NCBI GenBank assembly: GCA_030770535.1
Contig: JASVEC010000100.1
Coordinates: 1-58,258 of the forward strand
Origin: Batkoa obscura
Taxonomy: Eukaryota
Length of the DNA: 58,258 nt
Reading direction: 5' to 3'
Below the pieces are notes generated by a model. It did not search any database, was not told where the DNA came from, and saw only the letters and a program-made list of their open reading frames with translations. Of this stretch, positions 1 through 13,664 are shown piece by piece. How positions within the stretch are numbered: the first letter of the stretch is position 1; each line of letters starts with the position of its first letter. Made by a program: the position numbers and the translations under genes.

Positions 1-1085
1 TTAATTTACTAAAATTTGAAGTTTAAAACATTATGAAAAAACACATTCTAACTAAGAACTTAAATTATAACAATTTCTGATCGTTTTTTATAAATGGTCA
101 ATACCCTGTGTTTAAAATAAAATAAATATTACATGTCATATCAGTATGATGATCAAGGTCTTCATTTATAATTTTTGCCTAAACCCAATTTATTTCGGCT
201 TAAAAATTGAACATTTATTGAAATAAGCCCAGTTATAGAAACAAAGTATGATATAACTCAAGTTAAACTAATATCAATTAGTTTCCAGCTGAAACGAAGG
301 TTATAACTATAAACAATTTTAATCTTTTGGTTTGGATATTACTATAGTATCTAATTGATAATATAGTTTATTTAATTACCTACCACTCTATATACAGATT
401 AACCGAAATTCATAAATATAATATAATTAGAATAGAAGTATATATTTGGCAGCTATAATAATAAGCTGGGCTATTTTTATAAAATTAATGAATCAAAAGC
501 GCGTCCGATTTCTAAATATGGTAGACAAAATACTTTAAATATAAAATGATTTCATAACGTATTATTCCTTGGCGCTGACTCCTTTTAATTAGATTATAGT
601 TCTTTGAGGTTTTAACAATATTATAAATAATCAATAAAATTGTGAAAATTACTCAGTTCTTTTATCGTATAAATAAGCATTTACTTGACATACTCGGGGA
701 AAGTCAGATACATTTTTTAAAAGACAGAATGTGGACAACATTGTGGCTGAGTTATATATAGCTTAAAGTTTCTTGTCACATTATTAATCCAACTATTTTG
801 ATACCAAAAGTAGTTGGGTGAACTAAATTTAAGTCATTTTAAGCACAAAATGATAAAAGTACAAGAATAAATTTAATTGGCTGTTCTATTAATAATTTAG
901 CATTTTCACAATAAATTTTTATTTGGTAAAAAATTTGAATCCATTTCTTTCTTAAAATTAAACCTTCATCTTCCTTAAGATTTTATCTCTAGTAATTTAA
1001 TTCATTTAAATAGACCTATTTTTTCATCCTTAGATGAATCAGCTCTAAATATTTTTTTACCTCATCCTGTTTATATCTAATTATC

Positions 1086-2201
1086 ATGTTTGGCCTCAAC
1101 AGCTTACTCCCAAATAAAATTAAATCCAAGTCCACTTCAAGCTCTTGTGACTCTAAAAAGAGATACCGTATCTCTACCACTCAAAATAATGAGTTGGAGG
1201 TACTTTTCAAAACGAATCCAAGACCATGTAAAGAAATACAGGAAGAAATTTCCAAAAAAATCGATTTACCTTATCGTACTGTTACCATTTGGTTTCAAAA
1301 CCGTCGTGCTAAAGCTAAGCTTGCTGGTGAACCATTAGCTGAACATGTATTCCAATGGAAGCCGCCTGTCATTGCTGAAGAACCCGGTTGTGGTGTTATG
1401 AGATTTGATAAATCAGAAGTTAAATCAGAGCAAGTCAATGGCTTAAGTGGTAACGCCATTAATCAAGATGACACCACTCAAAATGTGGATGCTAAATCAG
1501 TGTACACTGTTGATAGCGGTTGCCATATTCAAGATGGTGTAAATGCAACTAATCCAAATGGAATTGATATGGATATGCAAGCATGGGCCTCCAACCAACC
1601 ATTTGCTAATCCAAATTGGGCACAAAATACACCTGTTGGACGTAACTCAGTAGACTCTGGAAGCTTTATTTCCGATTATAGTAATTACGATGGCTTTATG
1701 CATCAAGTTGAGTTTGACACTTACCTTGCAAGCTCAAACACTATGTATGATAACGGAAATACATTCAATAATTTACCAGCCAATGTCGATGAGAATGGTA
1801 CTTTTGATCCATCACAAAATTTTATGATCAGCCAAAGTTTATATGCACCGACACTTTCTAACTCACTCGCTTCTTTATCATCTCAAAACTCAGGACATAA
1901 TAGCTTCAATGGAGAAGGCATGAATGCCAACTTTATGAGGCAAAATGGAATGTACCGACAAGCATATCAAATGTCCGCCCAATCATTACCACAATTTAGT
2001 AACCCAGCGATGGGAAATAGTACCAATCATATACCACAAAGACAAGTTCAATATCATCATTCTATACAATCAGCACCCGAAATTGCACTCCAACAATCGT
2101 TATTTTTGCGTCAACAACATGCTAATCAAGCACAAGCTAGGGCACAGGCTAAATTACAAAGACAGCGTAATGAAGCGATGTTCTCATCAATGCGTTACTA
2201 A
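1086..2201 (+). CDS. Homeodomain transcription factor with a Gln/Asn/Ser-rich C-terminal region
   Basis: Single-exon ORF with KKRYRISTTQNNELEVLF..NPRP...VTIWFQNRRAKAK (helix-3 WFQNRR). Confidence 0.92.
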   Translation: MFGLNSLLPNKIKSKSTSSSCDSKKRYRISTTQNNELEVLFKTNPRPCKEIQEEISKKIDLPYRTVTIWFQNRRAKAKLAGEPLAEHVFQWKPPVIAEEPGCGVMRFDKSEVKSEQVNGLSGNAINQDDTTQNVDAKSVYTVDSGCHIQDGVNATNPNGIDMDMQAWASNQPFANPNWAQNTPVGRNSVDSGSFISDYSNYDGFMHQVEFDTYLASSNTMYDNGNTFNNLPANVDENGTFDPSQNFMISQSLYAPTLSNSLASLSSQNSGHNSFNGEGMNANFMRQNGMYRQAYQMSAQSLPQFSNPAMGNSTNHIPQRQVQYHHSIQSAPEIALQQSLFLRQQHANQAQARAQAKLQRQRNEAMFSSMRY

Positions 2202-3311
2202 GTGAAATGGTTAATTTTAAGTACATATTTTAAAGCCACTGGATCTAAATATTTGGTTTTCTCATTAATTTAAACTTTATTTTAACATTTTTCTATCTCT
2301 CTTGTCATTTGAATTGTTTTTAAGCTTAAGAAAATAACTTCTTCCTATTCTGCTTTTTTGAAAAATTAATTTTATATTCTTATTAAAAAATCTATAAAAA
2401 ATTTATTATATTTGTTTTTTATTATAATTTTTTATTTTGGTATTCCAATGTCTTAAAGTAAGGTCAGTCAAATTTGATATCACACTTTGAATTATTGGCA
2501 TTTAATATAGATTGATGTTCACTAAAATTTACTAGTTTACTATTAAACTAATGAAAGAAAAAAATAACTGTTTTTTATTAAAACACAAGATTCAACCATA
2601 ACCTCATTGCAATACCACTTTAGCTATAGAAAATCATTAAGATAGTAAATCATCCAACAATAAGGTAGAAATCTATCAATGAAATTTAATCTAGCTATAA
2701 AATTTGATAAACTTGATTAGTTTACTGTTAAGCTAAGAATGTAAGTAACAATTTTTATAAAATATTTGAATTAATTCGTTGCAATGTGGATATGGATACT
2801 AATTTGAATTTGACTAATAGAACGAATATTAAAAAACAAATTCTTAACAACAGCATGATCGCTGATTAGAGAAGAATTTAATGCAGAAAAAAAGAAAGCA
2901 TAAACTGAGACTCTGTTGGGGTTATAATAATTTATAATTTTCTTTGCATTTGAAATTTTGTTTTGGGTGAAATACAGGAGTAAATTGATTTGAGAAAAGG
3001 AGAGAGGAGATGGGCCCGTCTAACTTGTAGTTTTTTTGATATTTATTTGATTGAGTTAGGTGAAGGTTACTAGATTATTTGTTAAAATATAATTGAAATC
3101 TCAAATGTAAGCATTACTGTTTATTATTTTATTATTTTATTAAGCTGATTAATCACAATAAACTCAATCTAACTGCTTATTTTATATTTAATTTGTAACT
3201 TATATTTTAGCTTTCTTTTCGTATTAAAAAACTTGAATCTTTTGATTATTTTAATTTTATCATTATAAAACTCAATTTCATCACTTTATAATTTCATAAG
3301 GAATATTAACA

Positions 3312-5101
3312 ATGAAATCAATCTCAAAGTCTACACTAATACTACAAAGTATGTTAAGACGGCATAGCACTTTAACCTCAACATCTAGAAAACATCTCAG
3401 CCTCACTGACTTACAATCTTGGAACAAGTACTATAATGCATTCACTTCTATTAACACCGCAGAAACATCATTTATAACTGATAGACTTGAAAACGGTAAC
3501 TTAATCTATTCATAAGATATATATGTAAACCAACTCAAACAACAGATTTTAGTTTTGATTTAAATGGATTAGCCATCGCCATAAAAGACAATATATGTAC
3601 TAAAGGATATCCAACTACTTGTGGATCTCTAATGTTAAAAGGTAAGTAGTTTATTCATTTTTGTTGAGTTCATTTAATTTGATAATTGACAATTATTAAT
3701 CAACCAATTTTAGATTTTATACCCACTTATAATGCCACTGTAATCGAAAAATTACTAAATCATAATGTAAAAATCATTGGTAAAACAAATATGGATGAAT
3801 TTGGGATGGGGTAAGTCATATATAAATTAGCTGTTGATATTAAATTTCACTCATCTAATTCCTTCTCCTCCAGTTCTAACAATCAAACCAGTTATTTTGG
3901 TCAAGTAGTGAACCCTCATCCTTCTTATACTACAAATACCCATTCCCCTGGAGGAAGTTCCGGTGGTAGTGCAGCAGCTGTAAAAAGTGGTATGTGTTAT
4001 GCGTAAGTTATTTAAAATAAACATCTTTATCTCCTTCATAAACCTATTATTTACTTCTATAGGGCATTGGGTTCAGATACTGGTGGGTCTGTTCGCTTAC
4101 CTGCCTCCTATTGTGGAATTATTGGATTTAAACCATCATATGGTATGATATCTAGATATGGTTTAATACCTTATGCAAGTTCATTAGATACAATTGGGGT
4201 TATGGGAAGAAGTGTTAATTCAGTGAAAAATATATTTGAAGTAATTAAGGGACAAGATCAAAGGGATCAAAGTAGTATTGATTATTCTAAAAAAGAGAAA
4301 AAAGAGAATAAAAAGTTAAAGGATATAGTAATTGGTATACCAAATCAATATTATTTAAAAGAAATAGATGAAGAAGTAAATTTTGCTTGGGATAAAAGTA
4401 TTCAATTATTACAAGATAATGGAGTGAAAGTAATTAATATTGATTTAAAACATACAAAATATGCTCTTTCTGCTTATTACATTATTGCATTAGCAGAAGC
4501 ATCTTCCAATTTAGCAAAATATGATGGAGTTGAATTTGGCTACTGTCAAGAAGATATGGAGGGTAGTTTTGATCAAAAAATTCGACATAATCGAGAAATT
4601 GGGTTTAACGATGAAGTTAAAAAAAGGATTATATTAGGTACTCATATTTTAAGTAAAGGGTAAATTTGAGTTTAAACTAATTTAAGTATATTTTTTTACT
4701 CTATTTTTTAGTTCCTTTGAGGCTTATTTTAAAAAAGCACAAAAGATACGTACTTTAGTAGTCAATGATTTTGATTCAGCCTTTTTAAATTGTGATTTAA
4801 TCTTATCCCCAACTGCTTTTTCAAAAGCGCCATCTATAAAAGATCTATCCACCGCACCACCAGCTTATTCTTATTTAAATGATGTATTTACTACCCCTTC
4901 TTCCCTAGCTGGTCAGTTTTTATAGTTTTTCATTTAATTTGGGATTTAATATATATATTTTTAGGTTTACCTGCTATTAGTGTACCTTTTAATAATAGTA
5001 ATAAAATGGGCCCTATTGGTTTACAATTAGTTGGACAAAGAGGTAATGATAAACAAGTATTAAATGCAGCGGAAGAGTTTTGTCAGTTATTATATAATTA
5101 G
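3312..5101 (+). CDS. HER2: Mitochondrial glutamyl-tRNA(Gln) amidotransferase subunit A (amidase signature), about 7 exons
   Basis: Spliced motifs [84 protein letters not shown]; stop TAG at 5099-5101. Confidence 0.92.
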
Positions 5102-5432
5102 AAATAGTAGAAGCAGATGATTAAAAAATAGAGTCTAGTATTAAAATTAGGATTTTGTTTATTTTTATTTTTATTTAAAATTTATTACATATGGGAATAT
5201 TATTACTAATTATCATTTTTTGTTGTTAATTTAAAATTTAGAAATTAACAATGTAAGCTGTTCAAGTTCGAATGTACGCTGAAAAGCGATGACTTTTATA
5301 ACCAATTATTTGCTCAATCATGTTGATTTGAAGTTTATTAATTCAATTTTTATTATGAATAGTTAGTTAACACATACCCAAAGCTTGAATAAAGTACTGA
5401 TTAATTAATTTCTAAATTTAAATTAACTACTA

Positions 5433-5533
5433 TATGAGAATGTTTCTTTAACTTCACTTTTTCCATCTTTTAAGCACTATTTAACTGGGAAAATTGTTAG
5501 TAAAATCTTTAAATACAAAAATACATCCCTATA
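5433..5533 (-). mobile_element. ~100-bp MITE-like element, copy A
   Basis: TA-TGAGAATG...ACATCCCTA-TA; internal sequence aligns to the other copies. Confidence 0.75.
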
Positions 5534-5870
5534 TTATGTTATTTTTAAAAATATAGAATGCTAGCAAAATAACCAAAAATATGGGGATGTTTTTTTACTA
5601 GTATTGTCCTTTTTTGCTATTTTTTTAATTCTTTTGATAGCTGTTTTGAAAACCTTATATTCATATTACCTCTTTATTAAACTACCAAGTCATTATAATT
5701 CATTAAAAGCGTTGTTCATTTCTTACTTCCTGCTCAACCTTCATCTGATGCTTTTGCAATATTTGCATTATATTAAAAGTGCAAAAAAGTAAGCTTAATC
5801 TCTCAAATCCCGAAAAATTTAAAAGCTTTAAATTTCATTCATCAATAGAATAAAAATTCAATATTCCAAA

Positions 5871-6398
5871 ATGTTAACCAATCTATTTAGAACTGCTTTC
5901 AATGGGGTGAAGATGACATCTAATATATCAATGGCTAAAACATTGATACCAACAAGAGGTTTTTTGAGTAGGTAAGTAAAGAAGTGAGAAGGAAGGTTTT
6001 TTAATAAGATAATTAAATTTTAAATTTTTAGTTCTTTATTGATCAATCGACCATTATTAGGAAGAACAAGTGTATTAGGTAATAATAACTTAGGATCAAG
6101 GTAAGCTATTTTCAATCCACTTTAATCAAGTTTTGGGTTCTATCTTTAAACTTTGAACTTTTATAAACAATTCTAACATTAATTTTCCTTTTAAACCAAA
6201 ACTAATATTTTACCCTTTTATAGCCTCCCAACTTTCCCATTACAACAAGTACGTACAGTTACTTATGGTAATGAATATCAACCCAGTAATTTAAAAAGAA
6301 AACGTAAACATGGCTTTTTACATCGTATCCGTACCAAAGATGGTAGAAGGGTTATTTTACGTCGTATGAAAAAAGGACGTAAATTCTTAGCTCATTAA
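5871..6398 (+). CDS. MRPL34: Mitochondrial ribosomal protein bL34m, 3 exons (absent from the ORF track)
   Basis: Last exon encodes [46 protein letters not shown]; earlier exons look like an Arg/Ser/Leu-rich presequence. Confidence 0.92.
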
Positions 6399-6852
6399 AA
6401 AAATAGAATAATGGAATTGGGTAACACTTGGTTTATATTTTTATTTGCTTTTTTGTAAGTTAATGTAAAATGGGAAAGTTTGAGTTTTATTGGTATTTTA
6501 CATTGGTCGTTAATTTATTGTATAGCTTTATTATTTTTAAATAATTATGAAATAGGTGTTAGTATAAAATTAAGAATGCATATAATTTTGGCTTACATTG
6601 TTTAAATTTTGTATATAAAAATACTATCTTAATTATTTACATTAGATTGAATCATGTAATAAAAATATAAGTACATAGCTTATTTTAATACTGTATAGTA
6701 ACGTACTGTATAACTTGTTATTTATTTTTCAGCAAAAACTATGGGATTTACTCCATAAAATACAATTTAAATTAATCTGATATCTTAAAAGTTGAAACAG
6801 AAAATGTAATAAAATTCATTTTAAAATTCATTGATTTTATTCATTTGTTTAA

Positions 6853-8946
6853 TCAAAACCCAGCCGCTTGACCATCAGCTCTTGGATCTGAACCTGCCAT
6901 AAGAACTCTTTTACCAGTCTTTTGATCTTTTTCTACTTGAATAATTTGACCCCTACCAAACATTTTTCTAGGATAACCGTATAAAATAATAACTTTATGA
7001 CCTAATTCTTTTAATTTATTAACCGTTTCTAAAGAAACACCAGCTTCAATGTAGATTATACCATCATCTGGCGAAATACAAAATCTAGAAAAATCTAATG
7101 CTTTCTGTGGCTTAAATTGTCGTAATATTAAATTTAACAATACTTGTAAATGTCCTTGAGGTTGCATAAATCCACCCATGACACCAAAACTTAACCATAG
7201 TTCTTCTCCTTTTGTAGCTAATGCAGGTATAATAGTATGATAAGGGCGTTTATTAGCTTCTAATTTATTGGGAGATTTTGGATTCAACGAAAAACTAGTT
7301 CCTCGATTTTGCAATGTAAATCCGCATCCTTTAGGTATTTTACCACTACCAAAACCAGCAAAATTAGACATTATGAATGAGCATGCATTACCTTCTTTAT
7401 CTACAACAGTTAAATAGACAGTATTTGATTGATTGATTGGACTGCCTTCTTTAATATCTACTGCTGCTTTTGTTGGATTAAACAAACGGCAACGTTTATA
7501 TAAATATTCTTTTGATAATAAACTTGATGCTGGTAATTTATAAAAATCTGGATCTGTAACATGATGTCTTGTATCAGCAAATGCAATTCTTAAAGCTTCA
7601 ATTAAGATATGTAAATATTCTGGTGAATTGGGTTCCATTTTACTTAATTCATGAATTTTGTTTTGTTTTTCTAATTCATCAATTATACCAAGAGCTATTA
7701 ATGCTGTTATACCTTGTCCATTAGGTGGACATTCATATAATTTTATTCCTTTATAATCATAATGAATAGGTTCTACTTGTTCAGATTGATGAGATGCTAA
7801 ATCTTCTAAAGTCATAACACCCCCCTGAGATTGTATTAATTCCACTATTTTATTGGCTATTTCTCCTGTATAAAACCCATCTTTACCATGCTCAGCTACT
7901 TTACGATAAGTTTTTGCTAAGTTTGGCAAACTCACTATTTGACCTACTTCAGGTGCTTTACCATCAACAAGCATTTCATCCCAATTAGGAGAAGTCTGTT
8001 TTAAAAATTTCTCACTTGATTTCCACTAATAATAAATTAGTAAATCATATTTCATTTAAATTAAAAGTACTCCTTCACTAGTAATTTCCGAAACAGGATA
8101 CCCATTTTCAGCAAGTTCAATAGCTGGTTTAAATATTTGTCCTAAATTTAATTTACCAGATCCATAGTTGTTAACTGTGTCTACCATAGCAGCACATGCT
8201 CCTGGTACAGTGATACTATGTGGTGAATTTCTTGGTATGGCTTCAACTTTATTCCCTAAATCTTCATGTACTTTTTCCAATGTCAGTGCTTTTGGCGATC
8301 TAATTACCAATAATCAATACTCAATTATAACCAATTTAATCATATTTACCTTCCAGATCCATTTAAAGCATAAACTTTTTTATCTTTAGCTGAATAAAAT
8401 AAACAAAAAGCATCACCACCGATGCCTGTTGAGCAAGGTTCTATTTTAAATAATGGAAATTAAAATGTTAGTAAAGAAATTGGATAATTAAATAAATAAA
8501 ATAGAAAATTACCAGTGACATTTAAAGCAGCAGCTAATTATCATAAGTATAAAAGCTAATAAATTGTTTTTTAGTATAAATTAAATCAAAATTACCTGTA
8601 GCTACAGCAGCATCCTATAGAAAAATCTTATTAAAATTTCTTGTTATCATTTTAAGATCACGAAAGCTTACTGCTGCATTACCCCCTGATTTTAATATTT
8701 CTAGTCCAGCTTGGGTAGCTAGAGGTTGACTTCATTTTAAAACTATTATTAACAAAATATAAAAATCAATTCTCACCTTGAACTGACCATACCATTTGTA
8801 CTGAATACATCAGAACGCCTTGAATTGAAAGGCAATAATTGATCTAAATCTGGTACTGAGATGGGGATTTCATCAGGGTTATAATGCTTAGGAATCTGTT
8901 CTTCATCCTCTTGTTGCTGTCTTAAAGTGGAAGTTGAACTTGTCAT
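6853..8946 (-). CDS. Gamma-glutamyltranspeptidase family protein (YwrD/LmbA-like Ntn hydrolase), multi-exon
   Basis: [48 protein letters not shown], nucleophile Thr in [48 protein letters not shown]. Confidence 0.92.
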
Positions 8947-9449
8947 TGTTTTGATTGTTTGCTTTTTTCTTTTTTATAAAATAATTATGATAAGATGTTC
9001 AAGCGCCTTTATATACATTTTCAACCTGCTTAGTATCCCTGATGACTCACTTATAAGCTATACTGAGGAACAAATGATATAATCCAAATCATGAGTTCGA
9101 ATTTTCATAATACAAAGGTTGAATCAATTGCCTTAAATAAAACTAAACAAATAGTTTTATTTCTTAATAATAACTATAACAATTGTAAAGTCACATTTCA
9201 ATAAAAATAATTAAAAAAGTAGTCATTTTTTATATAATAAAAGGGATTCAGTTATTAAATTCATACTTAATAAAATAGTCCAAGTGCTCAATTTTTTTTG
9301 AATAGAATATATTCGAAACATAACAAAGTAAACTCAATAGGTTGGCTTATACAATCCACTATCATCTCATAAAAACTAACATTATAAAAAAATACAAATC
9401 AAACTTTAAAGAAACAAAACTCAAATTAATTTCTAATTAATGTATTTTT

Positions 9450-10359
9450 TTAAGATGAAGAGGATGCAGTATTCTTATTCTTCTTGGTCTTATTTTTTTT
9501 ATCACTAGTATTACTATTACTAACTTCCACCTCCTCATCAGAAGGAAGTTCTACAACACCAGAAGGTTGAAGAGCAGGTTGTTCATCTGCTGACTGATCC
9601 ATATTAGGCATGTTGAAAAAAGAAGCAGCCACCCAAGGACGTTTAAGAGCACCAGTTGGCTCTGATCCAAAAATATGAACTTTAGAAAGATTGGATTCTA
9701 ATAAAGTTTTTACTGAAAGAATACTTTGTAAAAACAATGGTTGAACATACTGGAATTTAAGATGCATAACCATTAAAATAGCTATACCAATAGCACTTGA
9801 TTGTAATTGTTTTCTTAATTCTCCTAAATCATATGCTTGGACAGTAGTCACAATTTCAGTTGGTGGTCTTTAAAAATTTAAAAATTATAAAATTAGATTA
9901 AACTAGTTATCTTACTCTTGAGACATGGGCTTTTTATCTTCATATCTAAGTTCGGTTTGATCTAAACAAGTATACTTTAATTTTTATTCAATTATTAAAA
10001 TTTAATTTCAAATTTACCATTTTTAGCATTAATAGTTGTATAAATATAATATATCAAAGAAAATACAATAACCTGAGAAGTGACATAGGCCATACGAAGG
10101 TATCTATAGTTAAAAATATTAAAATCTAACTGAATAATAACAAGAGCTCAACTTACTGTAAATTAGCTTCATCTTCAAGGTTTAATTTTTTAGACTATAA
10201 AAAAGTATAAAACTTATACGAATTATAATTATTTAATGACCTACCACTTGGACTAAAACCAATACAAGACCGATACCGAGAAACTAAAATATAATATAAA
10301 CAACCATTATTTTTAATTTAATGTTATAAACTTACTTGAGAAGCAGGATTAGCGCTCAT
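9450..10359 (-). CDS. PHO88: Pho88/Snd3 SRP-independent ER targeting protein, about 6 exons
   Basis: TTVQAYDLGEL...MHLKFQYVQPLFLQSI...KVHIFG...GALKRPW; short upstream exons with canonical GT-AG boundaries; ATG at 10359. Confidence 0.88.
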
Positions 10360-11309
10360 TTTTATTTTTTAGTTAATTCTTTTATAAAACTTAAAAAACC
10401 ACTTTCGACTAAATAATCTACTTTTTATAAGCTTTTAAAAAATCATAGTGTTCTTTCTACCAATCATTCAGCTACACTTAGAATTTTATAATTCTATATT
10501 TGGAAACTATAGTTAAAAATAAGGTGGAGGCTAGAGTGATATATAAGTGGATTGATTTGATGAAATGATAAATGCTATCCAATGACTGGTTTATCCTGAT
10601 GGCTTCAAGCTTGTTTTAGAATAAAAATTAACATTCTTTCAGATGAGTTAATTTTCAAAAGTATTATAAAGTTCTACACTTAAGTAAAGAATTTCATTGA
10701 GTATTAAAAGGGTAACTAATTTGATTATAACTCAAAAAAGAAGCATAAATGAATATACGTATAAATTCTTTTCCTAACATAATGTCACTATTGTTGATAA
10801 TGCATGCATATCTTTTTAAAAGTCAATTTATTTTTATAAGCTTTTTGGCTAAATGTTTCAATGCCTTCAATTTTTGTTTAATTTTGATTTAATTTTCTAT
10901 TAAAGTTGTTATTTTAATAATTATAATCACAATCATTTTTTATTAATGGTATTCATTCAATATCAGTCCTTATCGTTTTATGTTTTGAAAAAAAATACAA
11001 ATAGAAGTTTATAAATTGTTTGAAATTAATCACTTTAATTTTTTTTAAATTATTCTGATTATCTATCTAATGATTGACTTATATCAATACATAAAACAAT
11101 AAAAACAAATATCTAAAGTAACTTATAAACTTTTTAAACACAAATCTAGGTTCTTAGCTTATGTGAATGGCAAAAAGTAGCTTTTAGGGCACCAAAAGTA
11201 GTAAGCGGTAAACTTTGGGTATTTGATTTTAGACAAAACAGAATATAAAAAATAAAACTCTTTTGTGTAAATGCTCAAAAAACTGAAAAAACAACTTTTT
11301 TCAAAACCA

Positions 11310-11414
11310 TACAGGGATGTATTTTTTTGTTTAAAGATTTTACTGATAACTTTTCCGCTCAAATAGCGCTTGAAAGATAGAAAAAATGATGAAACCAAAA
11401 AAAACACCTACATA
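11310..11414 (+). mobile_element. MITE-like element, copy B
   Basis: TA-CAGGGATGT...ACACCTACA-TA. Confidence 0.75.
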
Positions 11415-11431
11415 TTGTAAAAAGATATGTT

Positions 11432-12490
11432 TTATGTTATAATAAAATCAACTAAAACTCTCATTAATAAAAATAGTAACAGCTGAAATGCAAGTATAAG
11501 ACTAAGTAAGTATATTTCATTACAGTTTGCATAAGATTTTAGAATATGAACTAATGCTGAAGTTGAACTCCTTTCAATAAATGGTAAACCTCTATTATAA
11601 TATATATCAGCTTTTAATTTCATTCAAATATGTCACAGAATTAGGAGGTAATTTTTAAATCAAATGTTTTATTGTATTTGAGGGCTTTAAGAACTGGCAT
11701 TTCAACTTCTATAATAGTTTTTAAAGCACCACCATTAATAAAAGCAATACTTTATCCAACAACTTTAAAGAAAACTTTATCTATATTTAAATATTTATCA
11801 GCATTAAACCTAATATTAGTGGATAGTTTACATTAAGTTTAAAAAATATTACCCAAAGTATTTGGCTATAGAATAAGGAAATAGACAACTTAAAATATAA
11901 TATTATACTTCTAACGACATATTGTAATTGGTTGATTAAATTCAACAATGATAGTTTAAAAGCTAGATCAATTTCTTAAAAACTACTCTTTATTATCAAT
12001 AACTTGGTAATCAATGTTAATTTATTTACCAAAAAACTCTAAAGAGTTTGCTATAAATTTCGAAGTTTAGGATGGCTTTGAAGGAAAGGCGCATATAATA
12101 TTTCCAACCTACCACATTTATCTCAAGAAAATGATTTTTCTTTTCTCGTCCTCTAAAGCCTTGTTATATTTTTTAAGTTTTTCTCGTCTTTAATAAATCA
12201 TATCTTCTATCATTTTAATTTGTTAAAAATCATCTTACTTCTGAAGTTTAAGATTCTAAAAAATAAAGTATCTTCCTTTTAGATGAATATTCAAAAAAAC
12301 TATAAAAATTAGTCAACAATTTTCTTATAGACTTGGGTAGAAAACTTACCTAAGAGTGTTGTTAAACTAGAGTAATTTAGTTTAATGTACTTTATCATAA
12401 AAGCTACTTTCCTTGATATTTTTATAGCCTGTAAACTAAATCGCTTTTAATATTTAGACCAAATAGAATCCGGTATACAATTATGTAAAA
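11432..12490 (-). pseudogene. Degenerate coding relic, possibly F-box-like
   Basis: Fragments CIPDSIWSKY*KRFSLQAIKISRKVAF and STNIRFNADKYLNIDKVFF...EVEMPVLKALKY with stops; an intact-looking GTAAGT..ACTAAT..TAG intron near 12300-12350. Confidence 0.3.
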
Positions 12491-13593
12491 AATAATAAAT
12501 ATAAGTGAGGTGCAGTGAAATAAAACCAGTTTTAAACTTTATTAGTTATTATAAATTTAAGCTTATTTTTATTTTATAATAAGAATCTAGATTATATTAT
12601 AGTGTTCTTTAAGGAAAAAAGTTTATTATACTATTCCGTTATATTTATCGGGTAGATGTCATTGGTACTCAATTACACTAATTATATATATATTGACTTT
12701 TACTATGCTTTATTAGTTTTCAAACTAAAGCTAAGTAACGATTAATATTTGTCTCAGAGTTTATAGTCAGAGACTTAACTATCTCCTTCACACAATCTTT
12801 GATAGTAAGAAAAGTAACAACTTAAAGCTCGATTTCGAACATTGGTATGATACTATAATTTATTCTCTTTATTATGTATTAAATGGATACTTGTGTTAAC
12901 TCAAGAATAACTCATGAATTAATTCGAGTAACGTAGTCAACTAATTTGTAATGTGAACTAGAAATCGATTATACCAAAGTTTATTGAGTGATTTTAAACC
13001 AAAATAAATAATACTCTCAAAATGTACATTAGTATAATTTTACTAAATATTAACAGACTTTATGATTGTAAATTTAATCAGTATTATTAGGTGATAATAT
13101 ATGATTGTAACATCATTTATTAAACGTTATCTTTTTTTAATGTGTATTAATATCTTTACATTACTATTATATGTTCCCAAATAATATCATAATAGTATTA
13201 AAAATAAACAACAATTGTAATGAATAAAATTGTAATAAATAATATTTTACCCAAAAGTTTTTTAAACTTAAAAATAAATGTATATACTTTTTTAATAAAT
13301 AAACTAAAAACAAAATCCAAAAAAACACTGAAGAATAATGTAATCATAAAAGTTGTTATCAAGATTTAAGTTTTTCAAATATTATGGTAACAAAAATAAT
13401 TATCATATATTAATAATATAAGCAACTTTCTTGTAAACTGGGTATGTAAAGCAACTAAAAGTTCAAAAAATACTAAAGAACAATAATGTAGGTATGGTAA
13501 AAATTACTTACTAAGCTTAAGTTTTTTGAAGATTATAGCAATAAAAATAAGTATTATAAATTAGTGTTATAAGCAAGCTTCTTGTAAAATAGG

Positions 13594-13601
13594 TATATAA
13601 A
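13594..13601 (+). promoter_or_regulatory. TATA box of S41 peptidase copy 1
   Basis: TATATAAAGC about 70 nt upstream of the ATG; the same 10-mer sits at the equivalent position upstream of copy 2. Confidence 0.6.
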
Positions 13602-13664
13602 GCAAGCAAAATATGGTAAGGATGTTATAAAATTATAGAAAAAAACAAATATTCATTTAATACT

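Noticed and set aside
696..817. GGGGAAAGTCAG (RNase P CR-I-like) and a small hairpin at 789-817
   Set aside because: No complementary CR-V/P4 strand downstream; probably promoter sequence.
1086..2201. Mating-type homeodomain locus
   Set aside because: Single HD gene with no divergent partner or known MAT-flanking genes in view.
2820..3120. Purine-rich, higher-GC stretch as a possible small gene or ncRNA
   Set aside because: No sustained ORF after trial splicing and no recognisable snRNA, snoRNA or telomerase motifs.
11159..11407. Similar short ORFs at 11159-11407 and 39203-39433 (FLSFKRYLS)
   Set aside because: The similarity is just antisense translation of the MITE.
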